Position numbers and translations under genes: made by a program. Positions 49,777-58,286 of a stretch of DNA of 64,000 nucleotides are shown piece after piece. The notes beneath the pieces were generated by a model, which searched no databases, had not been told where the DNA came from, and saw nothing but the letters and a program-made list of their open reading frames with translations. Source of the DNA: a virus (lineage: Duplodnaviria; Caudoviricetes); the IMG/VR virus record IMGVR_UViG_3300012662_000009, positions 1-64,000 of that record; one strand, given 5' to 3'. Each line of letters begins with the position of its first letter. The stretch's first letter is position 1.

Positions 49777-50850
49777 ATGAACAAATTGACACTTATAGTA
49801 GATTTCAATTGGCTTGCTATATCCCGTATGTCAGTCTTAGCCAAAGACTTTAATCTAAAAAACTCTAAAGAAACTCGACAATGGGCTTATAATAACTTAC
49901 AAGATCTTCTGGCAAGGTCTATAAATGTCATTCTTAATAGATTCCCTATTATAGACAATATTGTTATAGTATCAGACATGGGTTCTTGGAGAAAACGCTT
50001 AAAACAACCTAATATTATTAAAGATACTATATATAAAGGCAATAGAGAGTTCACTTCTGAACTTGATTGGGATCTTATATATAAAGCTTTTAATGACTCG
50101 TTCAATCAATATAAAAAAGCTGGTTTAACCTGCTCCAAATCTTTTGAATGTGAAGGTGATGACTGGGTGTGGTACTGGTCACAAAAACTTAATAAAGATA
50201 ATATAAATTGTCTTATATGGTCTTCAGATAATGATTTGAAACAACTTATAAACAAAAATTCTGATAATAACACTTTCACTGCATGGTATAATGATAAAAA
50301 TGGTTTATGGGTAGATTCTTCTTTTGATAAAGAATTTGATATAATGGACTTTTTCTTACATCCCGAGAATACCCAGCAGATCTTCGACGGGCTTAAAAAC
50401 AAGGTTAAACAAACATCTTATATAAATCCTCAGACTATAGTATTAAACAAGATCTTATGTGGAGATTCAGGTGATAATATTCAAGCGCTTGTAAAATATA
50501 CTAAGAACGGAAGGACTTATAAATTCTCTCAAAAAGATTATGATAATTTAATTAAGGATTTGAATATTAATACTATAAGTGATCTTATAAGTTCTTATGA
50601 AAGAATAGCTGAGTATATTATTAATATGAAAAAATATAGGCCTTACAAATTTATTAAAGAAGATTTAATAGAAATGTTAAAATACAACACTAAACTTGTA
50701 TGGCTAAATAAAGATATTATACCAGAGGATATACAAAATTCTATGTCAAAGAATGATTATATAGAATTTAATATAGATGACATAAGACATAATTATAAGG
50801 TCCTTTTAAAAGAAGATGATAATATACTTAATATATTTGAAGGAATATGA
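49777..50850 (+). CDS. RNase H / 5'-3' flap exonuclease (T4 rnh-like)
   Basis: LIVD, SWRK, YKGNR, EGDD, SSDNDLKQL and GDSGDNI. Confidence 0.9.
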   Translation: MNKLTLIVDFNWLAISRMSVLAKDFNLKNSKETRQWAYNNLQDLLARSINVILNRFPIIDNIVIVSDMGSWRKRLKQPNIIKDTIYKGNREFTSELDWDLIYKAFNDSFNQYKKAGLTCSKSFECEGDDWVWYWSQKLNKDNINCLIWSSDNDLKQLINKNSDNNTFTAWYNDKNGLWVDSSFDKEFDIMDFFLHPENTQQIFDGLKNKVKQTSYINPQTIVLNKILCGDSGDNIQALVKYTKNGRTYKFSQKDYDNLIKDLNINTISDLISSYERIAEYIINMKKYRPYKFIKEDLIEMLKYNTKLVWLNKDIIPEDIQNSMSKNDYIEFNIDDIRHNYKVLLKEDDNILNIFEGI

Positions 50851-51068
50851 CAATAAAACAATTAGAAACATTTCTTAAATTAAAAGGAATCAATCCAGAA
50901 AATATTATAAAGACTAAGCAAGGATATGAATTTGAAATTAATGATGTTTTAATGGCTCATAAATTTCGAGCAGAATTAAATTATAAGGTATTTGAAATAT
51001 CCAATAAAGAATATAAATTCGAGACAATATATATCAAAAAATTTGCCTGTAAGCTTATTAAGAAATAG
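50847..51068 (+). CDS. Small hypothetical protein
   Basis: ATGA coupling to the previous gene. Confidence 0.55.
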   Translation: MTIKQLETFLKLKGINPENIIKTKQGYEFEINDVLMAHKFRAELNYKVFEISNKEYKFETIYIKKFACKLIKK

Positions 51069-51122
51069 TATATATTATATATATTTAATAGACATTAAAC
51101 AAATAAACTAAACAAAAAAATT

Positions 51123-52193
51123 ATGACAGATTTTATTGACGACATCATGGGCTTTGATCCCACAAATCTTGAAGTGTTTCATGAACCGGAAGCTAAACAG
51201 TATGATCAGAATGTTTACAAGACCAATCCTAAAGATTCGAAATCTGATGATGGACATTATCACTGCCGCTTGAAGATCATTTATAATCCTTTTGATATCA
51301 AGCGTTCGATTGTTCAACAGGCAACTTATGCAATGTATGATCAAGACGGGTTCTTTATGGTTCGATCAAAGCTCGGTAATGGAGATAAGGAGTGTCCTAT
51401 TTTCAAGTCTTGGAAGAAACTTTGGTTTTCTGGCGATGAATCTAAGAAAGCTTGGGCTAAAGAAATGTATGACAAAACAGAATCTCAGTGGTGCCTCGTG
51501 CAGATTCTTGAAGATGAAAATAAGCCTGAGCTCGTAGGTCAAATTAAGGTTATGAAACTCCCTAAGGCGATCTTTAATAAGATGAACGCCAAAATGAATC
51601 CTTCACCAGAATCTAAAAAAGCACCTGTTCCGGTTATGGATTATCTCATAGGCCTTCCCCTGGATATGGATGTGGTACCGGGTCCCGATGACCCTAAGGC
51701 ACCCGAGCGTAAACAGCGAGAGATTTCGTATGACATCTGTGATTTTGACACTGAATATGCTCCTATTACAAAAGTTGATGGAACACCTTTCTTCACAGAA
51801 TCGGAGCTGGAGATTATAGATGCTTTTGCAACTGCTAAGGCTGAGCTTGCTAAGGCTAAGACGGATGCCAAGAAAGTAACTGCACAAAAGAAATTGGAAG
51901 AAGTTTATGGGCCTATTAAAGAACTTTATAAGAAGGCTATGGATTATCTTAAAGAAAATTCGTTAAATCTTGTAGACGAATGTGCTTATAAAGAATGGGA
52001 TGAAGCTCTTACTCAACGCGTTAATCGATGGATCTCCACAGTAGCTACTATGAAAGACCCGAAATCTACTATGATTACAGAAACTTCCCATATACCTCTA
52101 ACAGAAACACCTGCAGTTGAAAATACTAATAAAGTTGACCCCACAGATCCCTTTGCAGAAGTTAGTGGTGATGATAATGGATTGCCTTTTTAA
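51123..52193 (+). CDS. Single-stranded DNA-binding protein (gp32-like)
   Basis: CPI, VQILEDENKPELVGQIK, YD..F and acidic C-terminal DDNGLPF. Confidence 0.75.
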   Translation: MTDFIDDIMGFDPTNLEVFHEPEAKQYDQNVYKTNPKDSKSDDGHYHCRLKIIYNPFDIKRSIVQQATYAMYDQDGFFMVRSKLGNGDKECPIFKSWKKLWFSGDESKKAWAKEMYDKTESQWCLVQILEDENKPELVGQIKVMKLPKAIFNKMNAKMNPSPESKKAPVPVMDYLIGLPLDMDVVPGPDDPKAPERKQREISYDICDFDTEYAPITKVDGTPFFTESELEIIDAFATAKAELAKAKTDAKKVTAQKKLEEVYGPIKELYKKAMDYLKENSLNLVDECAYKEWDEALTQRVNRWISTVATMKDPKSTMITETSHIPLTETPAVENTNKVDPTDPFAEVSGDDNGLPF

Positions 52194-52218
52194 GAATTAG
52201 AAAATACTATGAAAAAAC

Positions 52219-52247
52219 AAAAAGGACCTTTAATCGGTCCTTTTTTT
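52219..52247. terminator. Bidirectional terminator
   Basis: AAAAAGGACC-TTTAATC-GGTCCTTTTT. Confidence 0.75.
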
Positions 52248-52406
52248 ATTTCTCTTAACTTTTTCTTTCTTAGCTTTAGCTGTAACTAATGGTTCGGATC
52301 CCGAGAGAGAATCTGTAGGGATCATTGGATTACCCATACCCATTGTATTACCTGATGTGGTAGCAATTCCACCATCACATTCTAAGTATTGTTTAAAAGT
52401 TTTCAT
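52230..52406 (-). CDS. Unannotated 58-aa protein with CTS-like leader (MKTFKQYLE)
   Basis: MKTFKQYLECDGGIATTSGNTMGMGNPMIPTDSLSGSEPLVTAKAKKEKVKRNKKRTD; ATGA overlap with the 52403 stop. Confidence 0.75.
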   Translation of the reverse strand: MKTFKQYLECDGGIATTSGNTMGMGNPMIPTDSLSGSEPLVTAKAKKEKVKRNKKRTD

Positions 52407-53302
52407 ATAAAAGAGCCATATTCAATTATTTTTCGACCATCTACAGTGTAATTCCATATCATTAATTCATTTGTTTTAGAATCTATAGACATTCTTAATG
52501 CCTTGGATCTCATATAAATAATATGTCGTATTCCATTATCATACATTTTTTTAAGATACGATTGAGCATCACCGAATAATTGCAAAGGTATATATTTCTC
52601 TTTATATTCCTTTTTATAGTCTTTGCATATATTATAAAATAATCTTTTAATATTTGGGCACGTCTCGCTTGCATTTATTATAGCAGAGCAATGATAATAT
52701 CCATCATCAGCACCAGATATTTTAATCTCCACAAGATCTTTCAATTGTATATTTGAATTCGGGATATTTATTATCAATTGAATCATATCCTTTGGGGTAT
52801 CTATTGTAAAATTTTTAATCGAATTGCAATTATACATAAATAATTTTGTACCTACTTTACTGGGGTTTGTCTTAATCTTTATATTATTAATATCCCCATA
52901 TACATAGGATATTGCACCATCAGGAACATCCTTTTGACTTTTAATATTATATTTTAGGCCAAAAATAATATCTCCGTTATTTATATCGTTTTTATTAAAT
53001 TTAATAAATGATGGTAGTGGTTTATATAGATGAATTAATAAATGTTCATTTTGAGCAACGGATAATTCACCCCCGGAATTTTGTGTAATTATGTCGTGAC
53101 CTAATGGAACGGTGGTCAAATAATTACTATGAACAATGTTTGCATTATCTTCATCAAAAATCCAATCCAATGCTGGTTCCTTCGGTGAAGAATTTAATAA
53201 ATCATCTTCAGAACCCAATAATCTTTCAGTGACCTTTAGGCTATCAAAGATACCTTTGCCAGTCATGAAACCGTCATTTATATACTCTTTTATAGACTTC
53301 AT
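52403..53302 (-). CDS. CTS-leader paralogue family member 5 (extended leader)
   Basis: MKSIKEYIND...LLGSEDDLLN; LPSFIKFNK; SQKDV. Confidence 0.8.
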   Translation of the reverse strand: MKSIKEYINDGFMTGKGIFDSLKVTERLLGSEDDLLNSSPKEPALDWIFDEDNANIVHSNYLTTVPLGHDIITQNSGGELSVAQNEHLLIHLYKPLPSFIKFNKNDINNGDIIFGLKYNIKSQKDVPDGAISYVYGDINNIKIKTNPSKVGTKLFMYNCNSIKNFTIDTPKDMIQLIINIPNSNIQLKDLVEIKISGADDGYYHCSAIINASETCPNIKRLFYNICKDYKKEYKEKYIPLQLFGDAQSYLKKMYDNGIRHIIYMRSKALRMSIDSKTNELMIWNYTVDGRKIIEYGSFI

Positions 53303-53380
53303 CTTTTTAAGATAATTACAATTAAATAATAAGGGCCCTTTATATATTTATTAAAACACAAACTATCAAAGAATACAATA

Positions 53381-56300
53381 ATGTCAGAATTGACTTTAGA
53401 TCAATCATTACAAGCATATCGGGTGATGAACACACCCACAAAATACTCTTGGAAGCAGCACTGGGCCCAGGAAGTGTTTTCTGATCCCGACCTTTTTAAA
53501 TGCAGTAAAGAAGAACGCCGACAATTTTCTAAGAGATTAAAAGAATGTACTATAACAATATGTTCTAATATTAAACAAACACAAGGCATATCATGTACTT
53601 TAGAAGATTTGGTAAAGTGTATTATATTACCTTCTAATAAAGATATATTAAAATCTAATAGAAAAGTAATATATAGTACTTCTAACGGAGAACGACCTAT
53701 AGGCAAAAAAGCTTTTAGTCTTTGGAATGGGTTTCAGGTTATAGATCTTGATATTAAAGACGAAGAACTTGTTAAGAAACTTAAATCCTATATTTTTAAT
53801 AAATTATACAAATGTAATTGGTTCTTAGGTGTTACTTTATCCTCTTCTGGAAGAGGATTGCATGTTTATACAAAGATTTCTATACCAGAATCAGAACAAA
53901 ATGACGAGAAGAAAAAGAAGTTATTATATCTCACCAATTTCCGACATAAATATTCTTTTGTATATTTATCTCTGATCTCCGGCATGTCTTTATATGGATA
54001 TTCTAAAGATGATATATTAAAATGGATGGACTTATCTATGTTCAAGCCACAACAGGGAGCTTTTATAGGTTATGATTCACATCCTTTAATAAATACTCAA
54101 TTCTTCGAAGATTTTATATATGTCAATTTTGATAATGTAGAAGACATCGGTCATCCTGATATAGACTGGGTTACATATCCCGATCTTAAGGAAATCTTTA
54201 AGAGATGGGAGTGGTTTGAAGACAATGATTCTAATGAAGATATTAATATAGAAGTTATAAAAGCTGATGATTTAAAATTTGATGCGCATAATAAAGTCCA
54301 TTATAAACACTTCGAACGATGGAAATTAGCTAATACATTGGTTAAGATCTATGGTATAGAGAAAGGTTTTAAGTATTTAAGATTGATATGTTCTAATAAT
54401 ATTAAGGATAAAGAATTACAAGCGGATTGCATAACAGCAGCTCGACATAATAAACCAGTCAATGCATGGGCTGTTAATAGGTTAAATGCTCATCATGGAT
54501 TTCAAATTAAACTTAATATACAAGATAGTGTTGTTGATGAATCCGAGATATTAAATTCTATGGATAAGATAGATAATCCCAATCTTATCAAGGAATCAAA
54601 ATATCTCAAGATATTTAATATAACCAAAGATGAATATTTAGGACATATAAGACACGACCTTATAAAGTCTTGTGGTAGGATTACTCTTATAGAAGCTGGT
54701 GCTGGTGTTGGCAAGACAGAAATGATCAAACAATTGGTTAAAGATGGTAAAAAAATTATGATGGTAATGCCTTTTACCAGTACCATTAAGTCTAAAGTAG
54801 AATCTGATAAAAACTGGGAATATAGCTACGGTAATAAACTCCCTAAATTAGATATCCTAGGAGGGCTTGCCCTGACTATAGATAAATTTTCTCATCTGAA
54901 TCTTATGGATGTTAAGACCCACGGATTTGATTATATAATTATTGATGAATCTCATTTGCTATTTCAATCGGAATATCGACCCGTCATGGCTAAAGTTGTA
55001 GAAATGATTAGAAATACTGAAGTACCTATAATACTCATGTCGGGTACTCCGTCGGGTGAAATAGTTTTCTTTCCTGAGATAGTTCATCTTAAGGTTATTA
55101 AAGAAGATATCCGTAAAAAAGAATTTAAGGTTAATCTTGTCGATTCTCCATCAGACCTTATGTTTATAATGTGTAAGAATATGGCAAAGGATCTAATGAA
55201 TGGCAAAAGAATCCTATTCCCAACTAATAAAGGAACTCTTTATAGTAAACAAATCAGGGCGGCAGTGACTTATTTCCTTCAAAATGATTGGGCCAACTTC
55301 GAAGAGGTCCGCTTAAAGTATTATAAAAAATCTAATTTGGGTGAAGCTTTTATGGATGATGTCAATTTTGAAAAAACTATCAAAGACACTCAGATTCTTA
55401 TGTGCACGAATTATTTAAGTGTTGGAGTAGATATCTTAGATAGATTTAATTTTTCTATATATTTCATTGATAATATCCTAGCGCAAGAACTTGAGCAATT
55501 TTCTAATAGGTTGCGTTCAAATGACCTATATATAAATTTTTACGCCTCTAAAAATGATGCAGAGGGAAATTCAAAGAATCTCCATAAATGCAAAGAAATG
55601 AATTTTAAACTCAATGATGAGGAGATTAAAAACGTTCATTCAATACTTCGTTTATGTAATGCTATGATCGAAAGAAATCCTATAGAATATAAATATAATT
55701 CCCTTATAGCATCTATTATAAACAACAATAAATTCATTGAATATAATGAGATTGAAAATAAATACTATCTCAATGAGATAGCTTATAAACTTATATACTT
55801 TGAAAGGAAATATCGCGAATATGCACAACAATTACCTGTTATCATGAAAGGCATGATGGCATATGGTTATAACATATCATCTCAAGACCTTGGAAGCATT
55901 CAAGTAGAAGGCATAGAAAACTTTAAGGATCTCAAGAATATGGTTAAACTGGCTTATGACGAACAATTACAACTCAATACAAACCATATAGAAGAACTTA
56001 TATCTCTTATCACAGAAGATCGTTTAGGATTATATAAAGAAGTCCTTAGAGGGTCTTTTGAAATTAAGAAAGGTGATGTTTGGAAAGAAGATATTACAAA
56101 ACATCAGATGATAGTAAAGAACATAGAAGTCTTTGAAAAGGTTGTACCTATATTTATTTCTATGTCTAAACAATATGCTATAAAAGATATTAGGGAGATC
56201 TTTGATTTTTGCAGAAATAAAAATAACACCTTTAACTTTGCAGCAATCAATCGTATAAAGATGCTTATAAATATTCTTTATAATGACAAAAATAAGCGAT

Positions 56301-56644
56301 TGGATTTGCCTATCAAAGAATTTATGATAAAGGCTTATGAATTTTCTGATAGGCGAAAAGTCAAAAGTATTGAATTACAAAAATTTATATCGGATTTTTC
56401 TCGTAATTATGCCATGAAAGAATCTGCTAATGGCATTAATATTGCTCTTGCGCAGATGACTATGGAAACATTATATAACACCTTTGAAAAGATCTTTAAG
56501 TGTCTTATAAACATATCAAGGCCTACTAAAGATGGTGTTATAGAAATGTCTCGAGTAGAATTGTTATGGAAAGAAAAAGAATATTACAACAGCACAGATC
56601 AAAATAATAAAGTATATGCATTGACAGAATTTTTAGAGTCTTGA
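53381..56644 (+). CDS. Primase-like (BT4734/VirE-N-type) domain fused to SF2 helicase
   Basis: VIDLD...SSSGRGLHVY; EAGAGVGKT, DESH, SGT, LSVGVD and EQFSNRLR. Confidence 0.75.
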   Translation: MSELTLDQSLQAYRVMNTPTKYSWKQHWAQEVFSDPDLFKCSKEERRQFSKRLKECTITICSNIKQTQGISCTLEDLVKCIILPSNKDILKSNRKVIYSTSNGERPIGKKAFSLWNGFQVIDLDIKDEELVKKLKSYIFNKLYKCNWFLGVTLSSSGRGLHVYTKISIPESEQNDEKKKKLLYLTNFRHKYSFVYLSLISGMSLYGYSKDDILKWMDLSMFKPQQGAFIGYDSHPLINTQFFEDFIYVNFDNVEDIGHPDIDWVTYPDLKEIFKRWEWFEDNDSNEDINIEVIKADDLKFDAHNKVHYKHFERWKLANTLVKIYGIEKGFKYLRLICSNNIKDKELQADCITAARHNKPVNAWAVNRLNAHHGFQIKLNIQDSVVDESEILNSMDKIDNPNLIKESKYLKIFNITKDEYLGHIRHDLIKSCGRITLIEAGAGVGKTEMIKQLVKDGKKIMMVMPFTSTIKSKVESDKNWEYSYGNKLPKLDILGGLALTIDKFSHLNLMDVKTHGFDYIIIDESHLLFQSEYRPVMAKVVEMIRNTEVPIILMSGTPSGEIVFFPEIVHLKVIKEDIRKKEFKVNLVDSPSDLMFIMCKNMAKDLMNGKRILFPTNKGTLYSKQIRAAVTYFLQNDWANFEEVRLKYYKKSNLGEAFMDDVNFEKTIKDTQILMCTNYLSVGVDILDRFNFSIYFIDNILAQELEQFSNRLRSNDLYINFYASKNDAEGNSKNLHKCKEMNFKLNDEEIKNVHSILRLCNAMIERNPIEYKYNSLIASIINNNKFIEYNEIENKYYLNEIAYKLIYFERKYREYAQQLPVIMKGMMAYGYNISSQDLGSIQVEGIENFKDLKNMVKLAYDEQLQLNTNHIEELISLITEDRLGLYKEVLRGSFEIKKGDVWKEDITKHQMIVKNIEVFEKVVPIFISMSKQYAIKDIREIFDFCRNKNNTFNFAAINRIKMLINILYNDKNKRLDLPIKEFMIKAYEFSDRRKVKSIELQKFISDFSRNYAMKESANGINIALAQMTMETLYNTFEKIFKCLINISRPTKDGVIEMSRVELLWKEKEYYNSTDQNNKVYALTEFLES

Positions 56645-56669
56645 TAATGACTCGCTTGGTAGTTTGTTT

Positions 56670-56699
56670 AACCTAATTGCTTGAGAAAGTAGTTAGGTT
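56670..56699 (+). terminator. Hairpin terminator, duplicate of 46965-46994
   Basis: AACCTAATTGCTT-GAGA-AAGTAGTTAGGTT followed by a T tract. Confidence 0.7.
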
Positions 56700-56725
56700 T
56701 TTTATTATATTATATAATATTTAAC

Positions 56726-57496
56726 ATGAAGTCTATAAAAGAATATATAATAGAAGGATTATTTGATAATGAAGATGATTTACTGGATAAAAAGAGTTCT
56801 CAAGAAATATTAGAATGGTTTGATAATTATAATAATATAATCATTAACCAGCGCTTTCTTAAGATTCTTGATAATGGCACTGTATCATTAACACAAAAAG
56901 TTGATGTGTGTTGGTATAAACGTCTTCCAGAATATATAAAATTAGATAAAGAATCCTGGGAAAAATATGCTACTAATACAATAGCTTTTGAACTTAAAAC
57001 CCAAAGAGATATTGAAGGCATATACGGTAATATTCAGGAAATATGTAATGCTGAATATCTGCAAAACATTAATATTCATACAGATAGTGTATTATCATTT
57101 AGAGCTTCTATTAAAGATTATAAAAATATAACATTAATAGGTGATAACTATAAAATATTAAGATTAGGAATATATAATACTATAAAGGATCCTGGTCAAC
57201 TTTTACAGTTTAATTATAAAAATATTAAATTTGTTCATCTCATCTGTTACGGATTAGATGATCTGTTTCTCAATTATAAAAAATATGCAGATCTTTTAAA
57301 CGGATTGATTAATAAAGGGGTTGTTATGATTACATTTTATAATAAAAACTCCCACAAATCCATGATTGCGGCATATATGGTTAAGGGAACGCGAAGATGG
57401 AATATTAATAAAGTAACAAAGGATCATTCTAAAGGTGAATGGTTATTATTTACAGATGATAGGGATTTTATATCAATCTTAGAAAATTATTATTAA
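56726..57496 (+). CDS. CTS-leader paralogue family member 6
   Basis: MKSIKEYIIEGLFDNEDDLLDK; LPEYIKLDKESW; TQRDI. Confidence 0.85.
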   Translation: MKSIKEYIIEGLFDNEDDLLDKKSSQEILEWFDNYNNIIINQRFLKILDNGTVSLTQKVDVCWYKRLPEYIKLDKESWEKYATNTIAFELKTQRDIEGIYGNIQEICNAEYLQNINIHTDSVLSFRASIKDYKNITLIGDNYKILRLGIYNTIKDPGQLLQFNYKNIKFVHLICYGLDDLFLNYKKYADLLNGLINKGVVMITFYNKNSHKSMIAAYMVKGTRRWNINKVTKDHSKGEWLLFTDDRDFISILENYY

Positions 57497-57513
57497 AAAA
57501 ATCATATATAATA

Positions 57514-57921
57514 ATGAGAACCGCTAATATATCTCAATTATTTGGGACACTACAACAATCTGTAGTCAATTCATGGAAAAATCATCTCAAGACATCCAAA
57601 TACTCAGCACATATGGCTTTGGATGAATATTATAAAGAAATGCCTGAGCTTGTTGATACTATTATAGAAAATTATCAAGGCATATATGGCAAAATAGATG
57701 ATTATGAAAATATCTTAGATTTCAATGAAGATCCTATTAAATATCTCGGAGATCTTAGGGATATCTGTGTAAATTCCAGAGGATTGCTTCAACAAAATAC
57801 CGAATTGGAATCTGATATGGACAATATATTAACTCTTATAGATTCTACCTTATATAAATTAAAAGAACTAACTGAATCCTTTGTGTCACTTAAGGATTAT
57901 ATAAAAGAAAATTTAGAATAA
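57514..57921 (+). CDS. Ferritin/Dps-like four-helix protein (DUF5856-like)
   Basis: HLKT..YSAHMALDEYY..LVDTIIENYQG..LYKL. Confidence 0.65.
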   Translation: MRTANISQLFGTLQQSVVNSWKNHLKTSKYSAHMALDEYYKEMPELVDTIIENYQGIYGKIDDYENILDFNEDPIKYLGDLRDICVNSRGLLQQNTELESDMDNILTLIDSTLYKLKELTESFVSLKDYIKENLE

Positions 57922-58118
57922 TGCCATCAGTCTCCAAAGCACAACAAAAACTCATGGGAATGGCTTATGCAGTCCGAAAAGGAGAACTCAAGAGGTCCGA
58001 AGTAGATAAAGAAGTCCTTGATATAGTCGATGGAGATATGACTGATAAACAATTAAAGGCATTTGCTGCTACTAAAAGAAAATCTCTTCCAGATTATGTC
58101 AAAGAACATATTTCGTAA
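57921..58118 (+). CDS. Small basic protein (DUF3008-like)
   Basis: MPSVSKAQQKLMG...KGE...FAATKRKSLP. Confidence 0.6.
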   Translation: MPSVSKAQQKLMGMAYAVRKGELKRSEVDKEVLDIVDGDMTDKQLKAFAATKRKSLPDYVKEHIS

Positions 58119-58160
58119 AGATATCATACAACGCACATAAATATATCAAATTTCGCTCGA

Positions 58161-58230
58161 AATAGGCTCAGATATAGATTTATATATCTAAGCCTATTTT
58201 TCTTGTTAGAGCACAAGTATGAAAGTTAGA
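58161..58230. repeat. Dispersed element, copy 3 (palindrome 58161-58198)
   Basis: AATAGGCTCAGATATA-GATTTA-TATATCTAAGCCTATT plus a degenerate right flank. Confidence 0.85.
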
Positions 58231-58286
58231 GTGTTTTTTGAGAGATTTGAAAGGATCTATTATTATTGTATATAAGAATATATATT

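Noticed and set aside
49749-49844. ORF-track 5' extension of the RimK-like gene
   Set aside because: Overlaps the divergent RNase H gene head-to-head; ATG 49748 is more plausible.
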